This document shows, one piece after another, positions 27,105-40,619 of a DNA stretch of 64,000 nucleotides. Source of the stretch: the human T2T-CHM13v2.0 reference genome, Homo sapiens; the NCBI RefSeq assembly GCF_009914755.1, contig NC_060926.1; one strand, 5' to 3'. The notes beneath the pieces are model-generated. The model made no database searches, was not told the origin of the DNA, and saw only the letters and a program-made list of their open reading frames with translations. Each line of letters opens with the position of its first letter. The stretch's first letter is position 1. The position numbers were made by a program, and so were the translations under genes.

Positions 27105-29516
27105 CATATGTTCTAAATCATTTTTGCTTTCTTAGTTCCTTTGCCTTTCCATATAAACTTTTAAATTAAGTATTGATAAATATAAGATTTCTTGATAAAA
27201 TGTTTATTAGAATTGCATTAAATCTCTAGATCAACTTGAGGAGAATCAGCATGTTTACTGTGTTCATTCTTCTAATCCCTGAGCATATGTTTCTCCATTT
27301 ATTTAGGTCTCCTTTTACTTTTGTCATCAGCATTTTTAAGTTTTCATCATACAGATATTATACATATTTTGCTATATTTACAGCATTTTGTGCTGTTATA
27401 AATGGCATTTTTTAACTTTTATTTCTAATTGCTCATTGCTAATATATAAAAATACAATTGGTTTTTATATATTGGCCTTGTATCTTAAACTCACTTTGCA
27501 TGCTAAACTTACCTAGTTCTAGGAGACCTTTGTAGGTTTCTTGGGATTTTCTATATAAACAATTATGTTGACCTCGAATAGAAGCAGTTTTATTTCTTCC
27601 TTTCCAGTCCACATGCCTTCTTATTTTCTTGCTTTATCTCACTAGTTGGGACTTCCGGTTTAGTGTTTAATAGGAGTGGCTGAATAAACATCCTTCCCTT
27701 TTTTCCAGTCTTAGTGAGGAAGCCTTCATTTTTCATAATTAAATATGTTAGATGTAGGGTTTTTGTAGATGCCCTTTATCAGTTTCAGGAAGTTTCTATT
27801 TCTAGTCTGCTGAGAGTTTTCATCATGAATGCATATTGAATTTTGTCACATACTTTTTCTACATCAATTTATATGAATATATGGTGCTTCTTATTTAGAC
27901 TCTTCATATGGTAGATTATATTGATTGATTTCTGAATATTCAACTGCTTTACATCTCTAGATGGCTTATTATCCTTTTTACATATTGTTGGATTTGTTTT
28001 CATATTTGAGTGTTTTGTGTCTACGTTCATGAAGAATAATAATGTGTAGTGGGGGTTTCTTGGACTGTATTTGCTGGATTTTGGCATCATGGTAGTGCTG
28101 ATCTAGTAAAATAAGCTGGAAAGGGCTTCCCTCTTTTCTATTTTCTGGAATTCATTGTATAGAATTGGTTTTATCTGTTTTTTAAATATTTGGTAGAATT
28201 AACCTGTGAAACCTTCTGAGCCTGGATATTTCTTTTTTTGGAAGGTTGTGTTTTACTATAAATTCAATTGTTTTCATAGTTATAGGACTACTCAGAATGT
28301 CTATTTTATCTTGGATGAGCTATGCTAGTCTGTGGTTTTTAAGAATTGATCCATTTCATATAAGTTGATGATTCCATGCATGTAGAGTTATTTGTAGCCT
28401 CCTTATCATCCTTTTAAGGTCTACGGGGTCTGTAGTTATATTCCATCTTTCATTCCTGCTACTGGTAATTCTGTGTGTTCTCTTTTTTCTTTGGTAGTCT
28501 TTCTGAAGGTGTAGTAATTTACTGACCTTTCTAAAGAACCTAATTTCTTTTTACTGGTATTTGCATGATATATCTTTTTCCATCCTTTTACTTGTTATCT
28601 ACTAATATCACTACACATGAAGAGAGTTTCTTATAAATAGCTTATAGTTAGGTCATGTCTTTTTATGCATTCTGATCATTTGTCTTTGTATTAATGTGTT
28701 TTGGCCATTTTCATTTATTGATATCATTGGCATGCTTGGATTTAAGTCTACAAATTTTTATTTGTTTTCTGTTTGGTTTTTGTTCCTCTGTTTTCCAATT
28801 CCTGGCTTGGATTATGTGAACAGTTTTCAGTATTCCATTTTATTTGTTGGATTTTTTTAAAACTATGTTTCTTTTTATAATTTTTTAGCACTGTCTCTAG
28901 GGAATACAATATACATATCTAACTTTTCACAGTCTACTTAGAATTAGTGTTTTACCACTTCTTGAGTGCAGAAATTTACCACTACCTAGGACTTTTCATC
29001 CTCTCTTCTTTATGTCACGCTTGTCTTACATATTGCAGGTATATACTTGATAGATGTCAGATAAAGCCATAATTTTTGCTTTCAATGATTAAAAACATTT
29101 TAAACAACTTACGGGAAAAGAATGGGCTTTTATATTTACCCAGATATTTATCGTTTCTACTGCTCTTTCTTCATTCCTAACATTCTATGTGTTCTTCAAC
29201 ATCGTATCCCTTCTGTCTTTTGGCAATTTTTTTAGAGTAGATCTCCTAGCAATGAATTTCTTAGTTTTTCTTTATCTGACAAAGAAATCTGGGGGACATT
29301 TTCAAACCATAGCATCTATGGAATCTAAAAAAGTTTAATTTATAGAAACAGAGTAGGATGTTTGTTACCAGGGGCTAGTGAGTGGGGTGGGGGGAATATC
29401 TTTATTTCACCTTCATTCATAAAAGATATTTTCACTTGATCTATAATTCTGGGTTGACTTTCCCTACTTTCAGCACTTTAAAAATGTGTCACTTCCTTCT
29501 AGCCTTCATGGTTTCT
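27105..29516 (-). mobile_element. Host old L1, ORF2 region
   Basis: Continuous antisense L1 ORF2; ORF 27869-28090 contains NIQKSINIIYH. Confidence 0.85.
29281..29398 (+). repeat. 118-bp inverted copy of 29703-29820
   Basis: Gapless manual alignment with about 100/118 identities to the reverse complement. Confidence 0.92.
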
Positions 29517-29786
29517 TTTTTTCTTTTGTGTTTGTGGCCAGGGGTCGGGGGAGGAGGTAAGAATATTTAATATCTAACCTGTTTGCAGTTTTCAAGCATA
29601 CAACATGTTATTATTAACTATAGTCACATGCTGTATAATAGATCTCTGGAAATTATTTATCCTGTTTAACTGAAATTTTGTACCCTTTGACCAATATGTC
29701 CCTATTCCCCTTTCCCCACTCCCTAGACCCTGGTAAACAACATTCTACTCTGTTTCTATGGATTCAACTTTTTTAGATTTCATAGA

Positions 29787-30174
29787 TGCTACGGTTTGAA
29801 CATGTCACCCAAATTTCATGTGTTGGAAATTTAATCCCCAATGCACAGTGTTGGAAGATGGGTCCTAATAAAAGGTGATTAGGTTATGAGGGCTCTGCCT
29901 TCATGAATGGATTGTCATTATCATGGGAATAGGTTCATTATCTCAAAAGTGAGCTTGTAAAAGCAAGTTCAGCCACTTCTTGCTCTTGCTCTCCCTATCT
30001 CTTGCATTTCTGCCTTTCACCACAGGATGAGGCAGCATGAAGGCCCTCACAAGATGCTGGTGACATGCTCTTGGAATTCCCAGCCTCCAGGACTTTGAGC
30101 CAAATAAATTTCTGTTCATTATAAATTACCAGCCTCAGGTATTCTGTTATAGCAGCACACAATGGACTAAGGCA
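29787..30174 (+). mobile_element. MaLR solo LTR, MST-type
   Basis: tgctacggtttgaa...aataaatttctgttcattataaattacc...ggactaaggca. Confidence 0.9.
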
Positions 30175-30679
30175 ACATTTAAGTGAGATCATGTAAGTCT
30201 GTCTTCCTTTGTCTGGCTTATTTAAGTTAGCATAATGTCCTCCAGGTTCATCCATGTTGTCACAAATGACAGGATTTCCTTCTTAAGGCTGAAAAATATT
30301 CCATTGTGTATTTTACCACATGTTCTTTATCCATTCATCTGTTGATGAACATTTAGATTGACTGTATGTCTTGGCTATTGTGAATAATGCTGGAGTGAAC
30401 ATAGGAGTATAGATATCTCTTTGACATACTGATTTCATTTCCTTTAGATATATTCCCAGAAGTAAGATTGTTGGATCATATGGTAGTTCTGTTTTTAATT
30501 TTTTCAGGAAATTTCATACTGTTTTCCATATTGGCTGTACCAATTTGCATTTCAATTAGCAACATAAAAGGATTCTCTTTTCTCCATATCCTTACCAACA
30601 CTTGCTATCTTTTGTTTTTTTCATAATACACATTTTAACAGGTAGAGATGATATTTCATGGTGGGTTTTTTTGATTGCT

Positions 30680-30923
30680 TTGTTTTTGTTTTTTGTTTGT
30701 TTGTTTTGAGACAGGGTTTCTCTCTCTCACCCAGGCTGCAGTGCGGTGGCATAATCTGGGACTACAGGCACGCACCATCATGCCCAGCTAATATTTTTAT
30801 TTTTTGTAGAAATGAAGTTTTACCATGCTGCCCAGGCTGGTCTTGAACTCCTGGGCTCAAGCAGTCTGCCCACATCAGCCTCCCAAAGTGCTGGGGTTAG
30901 AAGCATGAACCACCACGCCTGGC
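30680..30923 (-). mobile_element. AluJ-like with internal deletion
   Basis: ttttgagacagggtt...gaactcctgggctcaagcagtctgccc; part of the right arm is missing near 30755. Confidence 0.9.
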
Positions 30924-31042
30924 TTCATTGTGGTTTTAACTTGTGTTTCCCTGATAATTAATGATGTTGAGAATTTCTCACATACCTATTGGCCATCCGT
31001 ATGTCTTCTTTTAAGAAATGTCTATTCAGGCCCTTTGCCAAG

Positions 31043-31238
31043 TTTTTTAAAGTTTTATTTTGTTTTAATTGACACATAATAACTATGCATATTTATGGGG
31101 TACAGTGTGATGTTCTGATACATGTATACATTGTATAATGACCAATCAGGGTAATAAGCATATCCATCACCTCAAGCACTTGTCATTTTTTTCTGGTGAG
31201 AACATTCAAAATCCTCTATTTTATAGTTACCCTACCAT
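31043..31238 (-). mobile_element. Short L1MA 3'-end insertion
   Basis: T-rich tail plus catatttatggggtacagtgtga; degenerate TSD ctttgccaagtt / ctttgcccattt. Confidence 0.75.
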
Positions 31239-31590
31239 ACTTTGCCCATTTATTGAATTGAGTTGTTTTCTTGGTATTGAGTTGCTTGAGTTCCTTATCT
31301 ATTTTGGATATTTACCCCTTATCAGATGTATGGTTTACAAATATTTTCTCTCATTCTGTAGGTTGTCTCTTCACTCTGTTGTTTCCTTTGCTGTGCAGAA
31401 GTTTTTTGGTTGATGCAATCACATTTGTCCAGTTTTGCTTTTGTTGCCAGTGTTTTAGGGTCCATAGCCAAAAAATCATTGTCCAGACCAATGTCCGGAA
31501 GCTTTCTTTCTCTGTTTTCTTTTAAGTAGTTTTACAGTTTCAAGTCTTACGCTTAAGTCTTTAATCTATGTTGAGTTGATTTTTATACAC

Positions 31591-31994
31591 TAATATAGTT
31601 TGGATATTTGTTTCCTCAAATCTCATGTTGAAATGCAATCCCCATTGTTGGAGGTGGGGCCTAGTAGTAAGTGTTTCCATCCTGGTGGCATATCTCTCAT
31701 GAATGGTATAGTGCTGTCGCCTTGGTAGTGATTTCTCATGAGATCTGGTTGTTTAAAAATGGGTGGCACATTTTCCTTCCCTCTCTCTCTTGCTCCTGCT
31801 CTTACCATGTGAGATGCCTGTTCCCCTTTTGCAATCCACCATGACTGTAAGCTTCCTGGGGCCTTCACCAGAAGTCTATGCCAGCACTATGCCTCCGGTA
31901 CAGTCTGCAGAACAGTGAGCCAATTAAACTTCTTCTTTATAAATTACCCTGCCTCAGGTATTTCTTTATTGTAACACAAGAATGGCTTAATACA
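31591..31994 (+). mobile_element. MaLR solo LTR, MSTA-like
   Basis: taatatagtttggatatttg...ccaattaaacttcttc...taataca; perfect TSD tacac (31586-31590 / 31995-31999). Confidence 0.92.
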
Positions 31995-32354
31995 TACACA
32001 ATGCAAGATAATGATCTAACTTTCTTCTTCTGCATGCAGAGATCCAGATTTTTCCAACATCAGTTATTGACAAGACTATTCTTTCCCTATTGTATGTTCT
32101 TGGCACCTGGCCTTCATGATTTCTAATGACAAATACACAGTCATTCTAATTGTTGTTCTCCATAAACAATGCATTATTTTTCTTTGGCTGCTTTGAAATA
32201 TTTTTTCCTTGTCTTTAGTTTTCAGTGGTTTATGATGTGTCTAGACATTGATTTCTTTGGATTTGTCTTGTTTGGGATTTCCTTAGCTTACTGAACCTGT
32301 ACATTCTTGTTTTTTTTATATATATGGAAAGTTATCAGCCATTATTTCTTTAAA

Positions 32355-32648
32355 TTTTTTTTGACTGGGTCTTGCTCTGTTGCTCAGGCTAGAGTGTGGT
32401 GACACAATCATAGCTCACTGCAGCCTTGAACTCCTGGGCCCAAGCCATTCTCCAACCTCAGCCTCCTGAGAAGCTGGGACTACTGGTGCAAGCCACCATG
32501 GCCAACTAATTTTTGAAAAAAAAAATGTTTTAAGAGACAGGTCTCACTATGCCTCCTAGGCTGGGCTCAAACTCCTGGGCTCAAGTAGTCCTTCCACCTG
32601 GGCCTCCTCAATCCCTGGAATTACAGGCATGAGCCACCACACCTGGAC
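32355..32648 (-). mobile_element. AluJ
   Basis: atcatagctcactgcagccttgaactcctggg...gagccaccacacctggac. Confidence 0.93.
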
Positions 32649-32751
32649 TTCTTCAAATAATTTTTTTAGCAATATGCCTTTTCTACACTCCATGAGACTA
32701 CGATAAACCAAATGTTAACCCTTTTGTTATTACCCCACAGGTCCCTGACTT

Positions 32752-35112
32752 TAATTTTTAAAGTTCTAATTGATATAGTTATATTAATATCTGCATATTT
32801 GTAACTTTCCTATCCATTGCTTTTATTCTTTGTTTTTCCATCTTTCTACCTTCTCTGATTTTAACAGGTCATGTTATGATTTCATTTTCTCTCCTCTCAG
32901 CATATAAATTATACTTTTTAGAAGGCTAGTTGTTTACCTAGAGTTTACAATATATATCTTTAACTAATGTAAGACTACCTTCAAATAACCCTATAGCACT
33001 TCATGTGTAGTGTAGGCACCTTATAATTCTCAATTCCTCCCTCTCATCCTTTGTGACATTGCTGTTATTCATTTCATTCATTTGTGCTGTAATCACTCAA
33101 TACATTGTTATTACCATTTATTTAAACACTTATCTTTTAACTCAACAAGAAAAATGATTTACCTTCATTTATTGCTTCTCTAATACTCTTTATTTCTTTC
33201 CGTAGATATGAGCTTCTGACATATATTATCTGCTGAGGAACATCTCACAACATTTTTGCAGGTCAAGTCTGCTAGTGATGAATTCTCTCAGTTATTTGTT
33301 TGTCTGAGAAAGGCTTTGAAGGATAATTGTGTTGGGTATAGAATTCTAGGTTGGTGGTATTTGTCTTTCAACCCTTTAAATATTTTACTTCACTCTCTTC
33401 TTGCTTGTGTAATTTCTGATAAAAAGTCCACTGTCATTCTTACCCCTGTTGCTCCTTAGGTGGGGTGTTTTTTTCCCCCTCTGGCTTCTTTCAATATTTT
33501 GTCTTTGATTTTCTGCAGTGTGAGTATAAGCCTTGATGTGGGTTTGTTGGTATTTATCTTGCTCAATGTTCTTTAAGCTTCCTAGATATGTGTTTTGATG
33601 TTTCTCATTAGTATTGGAAAGTTTGGGGGCATTATTACTTCAAATATTTCTTCTGCTCTGTTCTCTATTTCTTCTCATTCTGGCATACTATATTGCCACA
33701 GTTCTTGGATGTTCTTTCATGTTCTGTTCTGATTTGTTATCATCTTTTTCTCCTTGTGTTTTATTTTGGAAAGTTTATATTGCTCTAAATATTGGAAGTT
33801 TACTGACTCTTCCCTCAGCTTTGTAAAGCCTATTGATGAGCCTCCTAAGACTTCCTCATTTCTGTTGCAATGTTTTTCATTTATATAGAGCATTTTCTTT
33901 TAATTATTTCTTAGAGTTTCTATTTTTCTGCTACATTACCCATTTGTTCTTGCATATTGTCTACCTTTTTCATTACAGCCCTTAACATCTTAATCGTAGT
34001 TACTTTCAATTCCCTGTCTGATAATTCCGATATCTATGTTATATTTGAGTCTTATTCTGATGATTGCTTTATCTCTTCAGACTACTTTTTGTTGCCTTTT
34101 GTCATGGTTTGTAATTTGTTATTGAAAGCAGACACATTGTGTGGAATAATAGGAACTAAGATAAATAGAATTTAGTGCAAGGATTTATATTAATCTCTAT
34201 GGAGTTGAGCTGTGTTTAATGTTTTCTCTAGCTATACGTGCCAGAACCTTCATAGTGTTATTGTTTTGTTACCTCTTGACTTTAGACTCCCCTAAGTACT
34301 CCTGCTAAGAAGAACCTGTGTCTAGCAATCCTTTCAGTTGTAACCTACTGTTATTATACTGGTACCCTGTTGGTGTGATAGTAAACTGTGGGAAGGGAAG
34401 GACATTCTGTAATCCTCTGATTAACTCTCCATCATTTATGGATCTATGTCTCATGATTGTGATCTTCAAAGTTTTTCTCTTTGTGAAGTATTCTTCCCTA
34501 GATGCAGTATTCCTGCTTTGTTTCCTTGAAGCCCTGACCCCTGCTAACTATGATATTTCTCCTTTAGTTGAGACAGGACGACTGGAGGGGGCTGGAATAA
34601 GAGGAATTTCTTTTCCCTAGCTGGAATAAGGCTCTGGAAAAGTCCTTTCCCCTGGAATGTAGCCCTTTGTTATGGAGAAGGCTCTGAGTGTATTTCACAA
34701 TGATTATTCTTCCGCTCCCCTGCCAAAGCCATGAGGGGATCTTTGTCGGCTCTTTGCTGTGAGTACCTGGTGAGGTTCCTAGAGATAAGGCCCAGGAAAG
34801 ACTGCAGTCACTGGGAATTTCTCATTCTCTTAGTTATCCACAATCTCAATCTCCAGCAATTTGTAAAATTTACCATTTAATTGGTCCCACCAGTCTATGA
34901 CTCCACTGGCTTCTGCTCCAGGCAAGATGATCTCAGCTGTGTCTCTCTGAATGTGCTTGTCTCTCTGACTTAAGGGTTGTGTTTACCCCTGTAAACTCAG
35001 TTATCTGATGGGTCCAAGAAAAGTCATTAATTTTTAGTTTATCTAGCTTTTCTTGTTGTAAGATCAGGAGTGGTAACTTCCAAGCTCTTTACATGTGGAG
35101 CTGAAATTGGAA
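32752..35112 (-). mobile_element. Nested old L1 including its 5' end
   Basis: Antisense L1M-like sequence terminating at aagctctttacatgtggagctgaaattggaag (L1M 5' terminus-like). Confidence 0.7.
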
Positions 35113-36500
35113 GACTCTTTGCTAATATATTTTTTACTCCTTCTTTCCTGTTTACCTCAGATAATTTCTATTGATCTATCATTAAGCTCACTGACTTCTT
35201 ACTCTGTCGTCTCCATTCTGCTATTCAGTCCATCCAGTGAGTTTATTTCAGTTATTGTATTTCCCAATTCTAAAATGTCCCCTTGATGTGTCTTTATACC
35301 TTCTGTTTCTTTGCTATGACTTTCTACTTTCCCATTCATTTCAAGAGTGTTTGGAGTTACTTGTTGGAGGATTTTTATAATAGATGCTTTGAAGTCTTTG
35401 TCAATTATTAGAGCATCAATGTCATCTTTGAATTGGCTTTCATTGATTGTTTTTTTCTCAGGTGAAAAAAGTCTCCATTTTTCACTCAAAATGCCAAGTA
35501 ATTTTGAATTGCATCTGGACATTTTTAATATTGTCTTATAAAAATCTGGGACTGGTTTAAATCCTACGGAGAATGTTGATGTTTTTGTTTTACCTGGCAA
35601 TCAGCCTCATTGAGTTCAGGCTGCAAGTTCTAACTCATTTCCTGTGGGCTATGGTTTTGAGTTTCTTCAGTTTTTTAAGCCTTTTTCAATGATATTCAGA
35701 TCCATCCTGCATATGCACCACCCGGTGGTCAGTCTGGGACCTGGGCAGCAGGCTATCTGTTACTTCACTTCCCAGAGAATTCTACGTGCTGATTGGGACC
35801 GGATCCATGCATGCACAGTTCAGGGGTAAGCCCTGGAGTTCATAAATAATTTTATAGGGGTCACTTCCAAAGCTCCTTCCTCTTCATAATCTTTTAAGTA
35901 GTTTCTGGTACTGGGAACTCCTGGGAAAATAATTCCCAGTACCTTCAGTCCTCTGGCCAAAAAGCTAAGGCTTCAGTTACTTCAATCTAGCATAGCAACA
36001 GGAGTTTGCGCTGTCAGGCAAATTCTCTTAGGACCACAGTTCTATAGATCAAAGGAAAGCTCACCTCTCTGAAAATTTTGGCTTTCATACCCATGCCATT
36101 ACCACAGAATTGCTTAAGATAAGACTGCAAGAGAAAGGAGAAAATATTTTAAAAAGAAAAGAAAAAGAAAAATGAGTGATATTCCTCACCCTCTCTGAGT
36201 GTTAGGAGTTCCCTCTGCTGCTTCTCAGTCCAGAAGTAGAGGGTTTCTCCTGAAGCTCTCTCTGCACCATGGCACCCACTTCTGGGTTTTGGGTTGCACT
36301 GAGTTTAAGCCAGAGAGAAAAAAATCAATGGCCTGATCAGAGACACTTCAAATTCTGGTTTTCTTTCCCGATTCACCAACTACTATTCACTTTGCAGGGT
36401 CTTCAAATAACTGCTCCATGCATTCTATTCAGGTTTTATAACACACTCACTGGGAGAGACAAGGTGGTTTATGCTTAATTCATCCTAGTAAGAACCAGAA
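35113..36500 (-). mobile_element. Host old L1, ORF1 remnant and 5'UTR
   Basis: ORF 35199-35600 gives DFKASIIKIL...EINSLDGLNSRMETTE, resembling the L1 ORF1p coiled coil. Confidence 0.8.
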
Positions 36501-36509
36501 TTTGCTACA

Positions 36510-36660
36510 CACTTAATAATCAGATAATTTCCAAGCCTCAATCTCTTCATCTGTAAATTGGTAATGACAATAATTTTTATGATTAGAGTTTGTGGAGAGC
36601 AAAGGAACCAATAAACATTACAGTGTGTTTAACAAATGTTAGCTGTTGTTATTATTTTTA
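36510..36660 (+). mobile_element. MIR fragment
   Basis: agcctcaatctcttcatctgtaaattggtaatgacaata. Confidence 0.7.
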
Positions 36661-36665
36661 TTAGA

Positions 36666-36692
36666 TGCTGTTGCTGTTGCTGCTGCTGCTGC
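36666..36692. repeat. Short interrupted (TGC/TGT)9 trinucleotide repeat
   Basis: tgctgttgctgttgctgctgctgctgc. Confidence 0.9.
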
Positions 36693-37539
36693 AAAGCTGA
36701 AAAGGCACATAGGAAAGCAGTAGAAAGAGGCAAAGGAGAAGTGGTACCATCAGCAAATGTTAAAACAAACAAGGAGAGTGTGTTTTCTATTTCACACTTA
36801 AATAGATCATTTATACAGGATACATTTTGCTTTGTCATGAAACATTACATCTATATGAACAGTATGTCATGCAGCAAACGCTTGTAGGCAGCACCAATGT
36901 CTTATTGTGTGATTTCTTATACCAAAGTATGTACAATGTTTTCAGTGGACATTTTATTCCTTCTGTATTGTCTGGAAGAAAGATAGAGGGGAGAAAAGCT
37001 CCCCTGTGTGTGATGGCCTGGATGCAGATATGGAGTTCACAGAGATAGATGTAGACGTGGAAAAGTCTTTATAACCTTCTTTCTGCCTAATCCATTCCAT
37101 CTACAAGATAGGTTTATATAGTCATTCTCTTTGGTACAAAATTCATCCATTTATCCCAGAGTTGACATTCTTAAAGTAAGAATAATTTTATTCTTTTTTT
37201 ATTATTCGTGTAATACTTTTTAAGTGTTATTTAAAATGTTACAGGGGCAGTGCTAATAGATTATAAGTGGTGGGTGGTGGTGTTGTGGGAATGAATCTAG
37301 GCCTTCCATTTCTATCACCCTAAGGAAAGAATTGCCTTTTATATGTCTTTTGGCTGTAAGTTGGACTTTTCCTGGAATGTAACTTTGATATACAATGTGC
37401 TTCTCTGTACTGAGGCTCATTGCCATATTGATAGCCTATATACTCCCCCCAGGGACACCAAAGCAAGGGAGGGTGGCATCCTTTCCACATCAGCTGAGAT
37501 CGGGTGAATTGTTTAGCTGTGGGGAGTATATGGTAGGAT

Positions 37540-37750
37540 GAATAGGAATTTTTTATTCAGACACAGTTGGGTCAAATTCTGGCTCCTCTACTTTTTGTTT
37601 TTGAAGTTAGGTAAGCTATTTAAACTCTCTGAAACTCAGTTTCCTCATCTGTAAAAGGAGGTTAATAATACTTAGCACAAAGAGCTTCTTTGGTGACTAA
37701 AAAGAACATATGTATTGTGTGTATCCTGTGTGCATAAGTACATTTATGGA
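37540..37750 (+). mobile_element. MIR
   Basis: ctctctgaaactcagtttcctcatctgtaaaaggagg. Confidence 0.8.
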
Positions 37751-38239
37751 ATATTGAGGGTACCTTGGGTAAAATGCAGATGCCCCATGTATGCCCATTT
37801 ATTAGGGTTTAGAACTCAAAGATTATTTCAATGAATATTTATAATTGTTTAATCTTTGTGTTTATGACAATCCAACCTAAAATCCAATTTCTAATAGAAC
37901 ATCTCAGTGAAAAGTAGGGACTTCTATACTGTTAAAGATGTTTTTAATGCTTCAGTAACAAGCCCAGCTTATTGTTCAGAAAATAATTGTTATAAGTGGA
38001 ATTCACTGTAAACAAGGCACCTTGTGCCAGCCATAAACATGTCATTTGGCCTTGACTTAACCAACACTAGTCTCTGTTCCATGGGACTATCCCCAAAGAG
38101 AACTATAGGGTCAGTGACTATTCCTTGCTGGTGGGAGCTTCCTTTGCTGTATCTTGACCTCTGTAAAATGCTAATGTAAAAGAGGCTGTATGTATAGCTC
38201 TTTACATCTGTGGACCCTTAAGAATAAAGACTATTAAAA

Positions 38240-38480
38240 TAGCTACTCTATATAGGGTGACTACTTCCATCTGCCAGGGTTTTGCTCAGCACTGAGCTAA
38301 CATTTTCTCAAATAATCCTTCTGACACCTCTAAATGCTGAGCCACTTTACAAATAAGGAACCTGAGGCTTAGAGCCTTTAAATAAGTTACCCAAGGATGT
38401 ACAGTTTACACACTGCAAAGCAGGGAATCAGGCCAGCTCTAGCTGATTCTAAAACCCATACTCTTAACCACCATCCTACC
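38240..38480 (-). mobile_element. MIR
   Basis: ccactttacaaataaggaacctgaggcttagag...ctcttaaccacca. Confidence 0.8.
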
Positions 38481-40619
38481 TACAAATTCTTCAGTTTATT
38501 ACCTCTTGCTGGTTGAGTCTCACTAACCAAAACTGAACATTCTGGACCTGTGAGGCATTGGTTATACAAGGTTCTCCTGTTTTTATCAACAATAAGAACC
38601 AAAGTTAGTCATTTTAGGCACAATAAGGTCAAAATCCATTTCAACTTCCAAGCGTCTTTCCAAATTCTTTTGTTGCATTTACATTTTGTTGAGTTAAACA
38701 AAGAGGCATTCACCCAAAACCTGACTTTTCTTTTCTTAAAGTGTTTCTAATAGGATTCATCTCAATATGATCTTCATGACACACAGAAATAAAAGGCAAA
38801 GAAACTAGCCACTGCTATTTAAGGAAGTGAAAACAGTTCATCGAAAGTATTCCTAAAGGATGATATATTTAGATAAATTAGGTTAAAACCTTCCATTTAA
38901 AAATCTTTTACAACACATAAAATGCTTTTGCAGCTGGTGGGGAGTAGGGTTTGGGCCCATATATAAGCTCTTCTAGAAAAAGAAACTCAACCTTAAACAA
39001 TTAAGTAACTTGCCAAGCTCATATAACTACAAGGTGGTGAATCAGAACTGGAAAATGAATCTTCCAAATATAGGTCCAGTTTCCTATAAGAAGAACAAGA
39101 AGACGTGGTATTTCCCAGAAGTTAATTTAAGTAGAAAACACTATTGGAGACGCTTTGTGCTAAAAAACAGTTGAGTTTGATTTTGTTGTTACCCATTTTA
39201 ATGTATAAGATACTAAATACTATCTCTGTTATCGTTATACAATTACAGTATTGTGGTACTGTTATTATTTTATAAGTCAAGACATAAGATTAAAAAGGTA
39301 ACTTGTCCAGAGAATGATGAAAATAAGTGATTGGTTACAGATGAGGACACAGATACAGATCTTGTTATTGAGCAATTGACATTTTAAGGAATTTTCTTGG
39401 CTGAATATATTGGTATGATTCTAGGTGACTATTTCTCTTTTATCATATAAGCTACATGTCATTGTTTAAAAGCTTTGGCTTCAGTCAGTCACAGGCCATT
39501 GTGGAGAGAAATGTATAGCACATACCGTATTAGAACCTCATTTTCTATTTTGGGAAAGAAAAGAATTATTTAATATGAATGCGAGCTTTTTATGTACATA
39601 AAAAGGTTAAGAGAATTATATTGGGTAGTGGAATATTGCACTTCAAGATTTACACACTTCAAATAGAAATGCATTAGATATGTTAATATGCCTAAATGCA
39701 CAAAAGGAATTTAAATATTATGATTAATTATCACCTGTTGACAAATAACATTTTATACTTAATGTTAGAGAAGAAATATTTTTCATGAAATGGCCAGTTC
39801 CAATAAATATGCCAAACGTGCCTGTAAATAAAAGGCGATAATGTTAGTCAGCACCTTATGAACTCTCTGAATTCAATCTACTCTAAGTAATGTGAGTGCT
39901 AAAGAGAAGGGCAATAATAAGAACACAGTGACAGAAGGAAGAGCTACAGCTTTCTCCTAAACTTAAGGGGGAGATGTTCCAGGTCTGAAGAGAAAGGCAC
40001 ATGCATGGTTTGGCTCACCATTTTTGCTTTCTTGAAGCTGCAATTAATTTTCAAGAGGAAGTCACAAAACATATATCTGCATGTTCCTGGGTAGAGACCT
40101 AAAACTCCCAGGCTTTATCAGAGGCTTAAATAAAGTGTTTCTTTGGTCAGAAGCATTTTTCCTTTCGAGAGAAAGCTTATGTTTTGACTATTAGGTGTAA
40201 TTTCAAAATGATCTATATATTTTATAGTATAGGTTATTATTAGGTTTTAGCTGTGGGTATTTAACAAATCTAATGAATAAATAACATTTTCTGTCCCATT
40301 TTTCTATTTAAAACAAATACTAATGATTCACTCCACCACATTATGACCACTAAAGGACCAAGAATGTGAAGAACAAATATCACTGTGAAATACAGTTCCC
40401 CCAACTCCAGAAAAATAGGAAAAATGACTGATTCCTTTAATGTGAGCAGGCTACCTATTCCTCAACATTAGTGCATTACATTTGCTTTTAAAATTATCCA
40501 ACTGGAATGCAGGGACAACCCATCCTTTCCCTCTTCAGCTTCACAGCATTGAATTAAAATGAAAACATCTATCATATTTAAGATTTGCTAGGGTTTATCT
40601 AGGTTTTTTAACACAAAAA

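Larger units (their letters stand above)
29517..32109 (-). mobile_element. Nested L1MA-like element (5'-truncated) carrying MST, Alu and L1 insertions
   Basis: T-rich tail at 29517; 15-bp TSD gccttcatggtttct (29502-29516) / gccttcatgatttct (32110-32124). Confidence 0.9.

Noticed and set aside
35199-35600. 133-aa ORF as a host gene
   Set aside because: Degraded L1 ORF1p fragment inside a fossil element
36629-36887. PolyQ/polyC ORFs as a coding triplet-repeat locus
   Set aside because: Short interrupted repeat at a MIR end, with no exon context or recognisable protein
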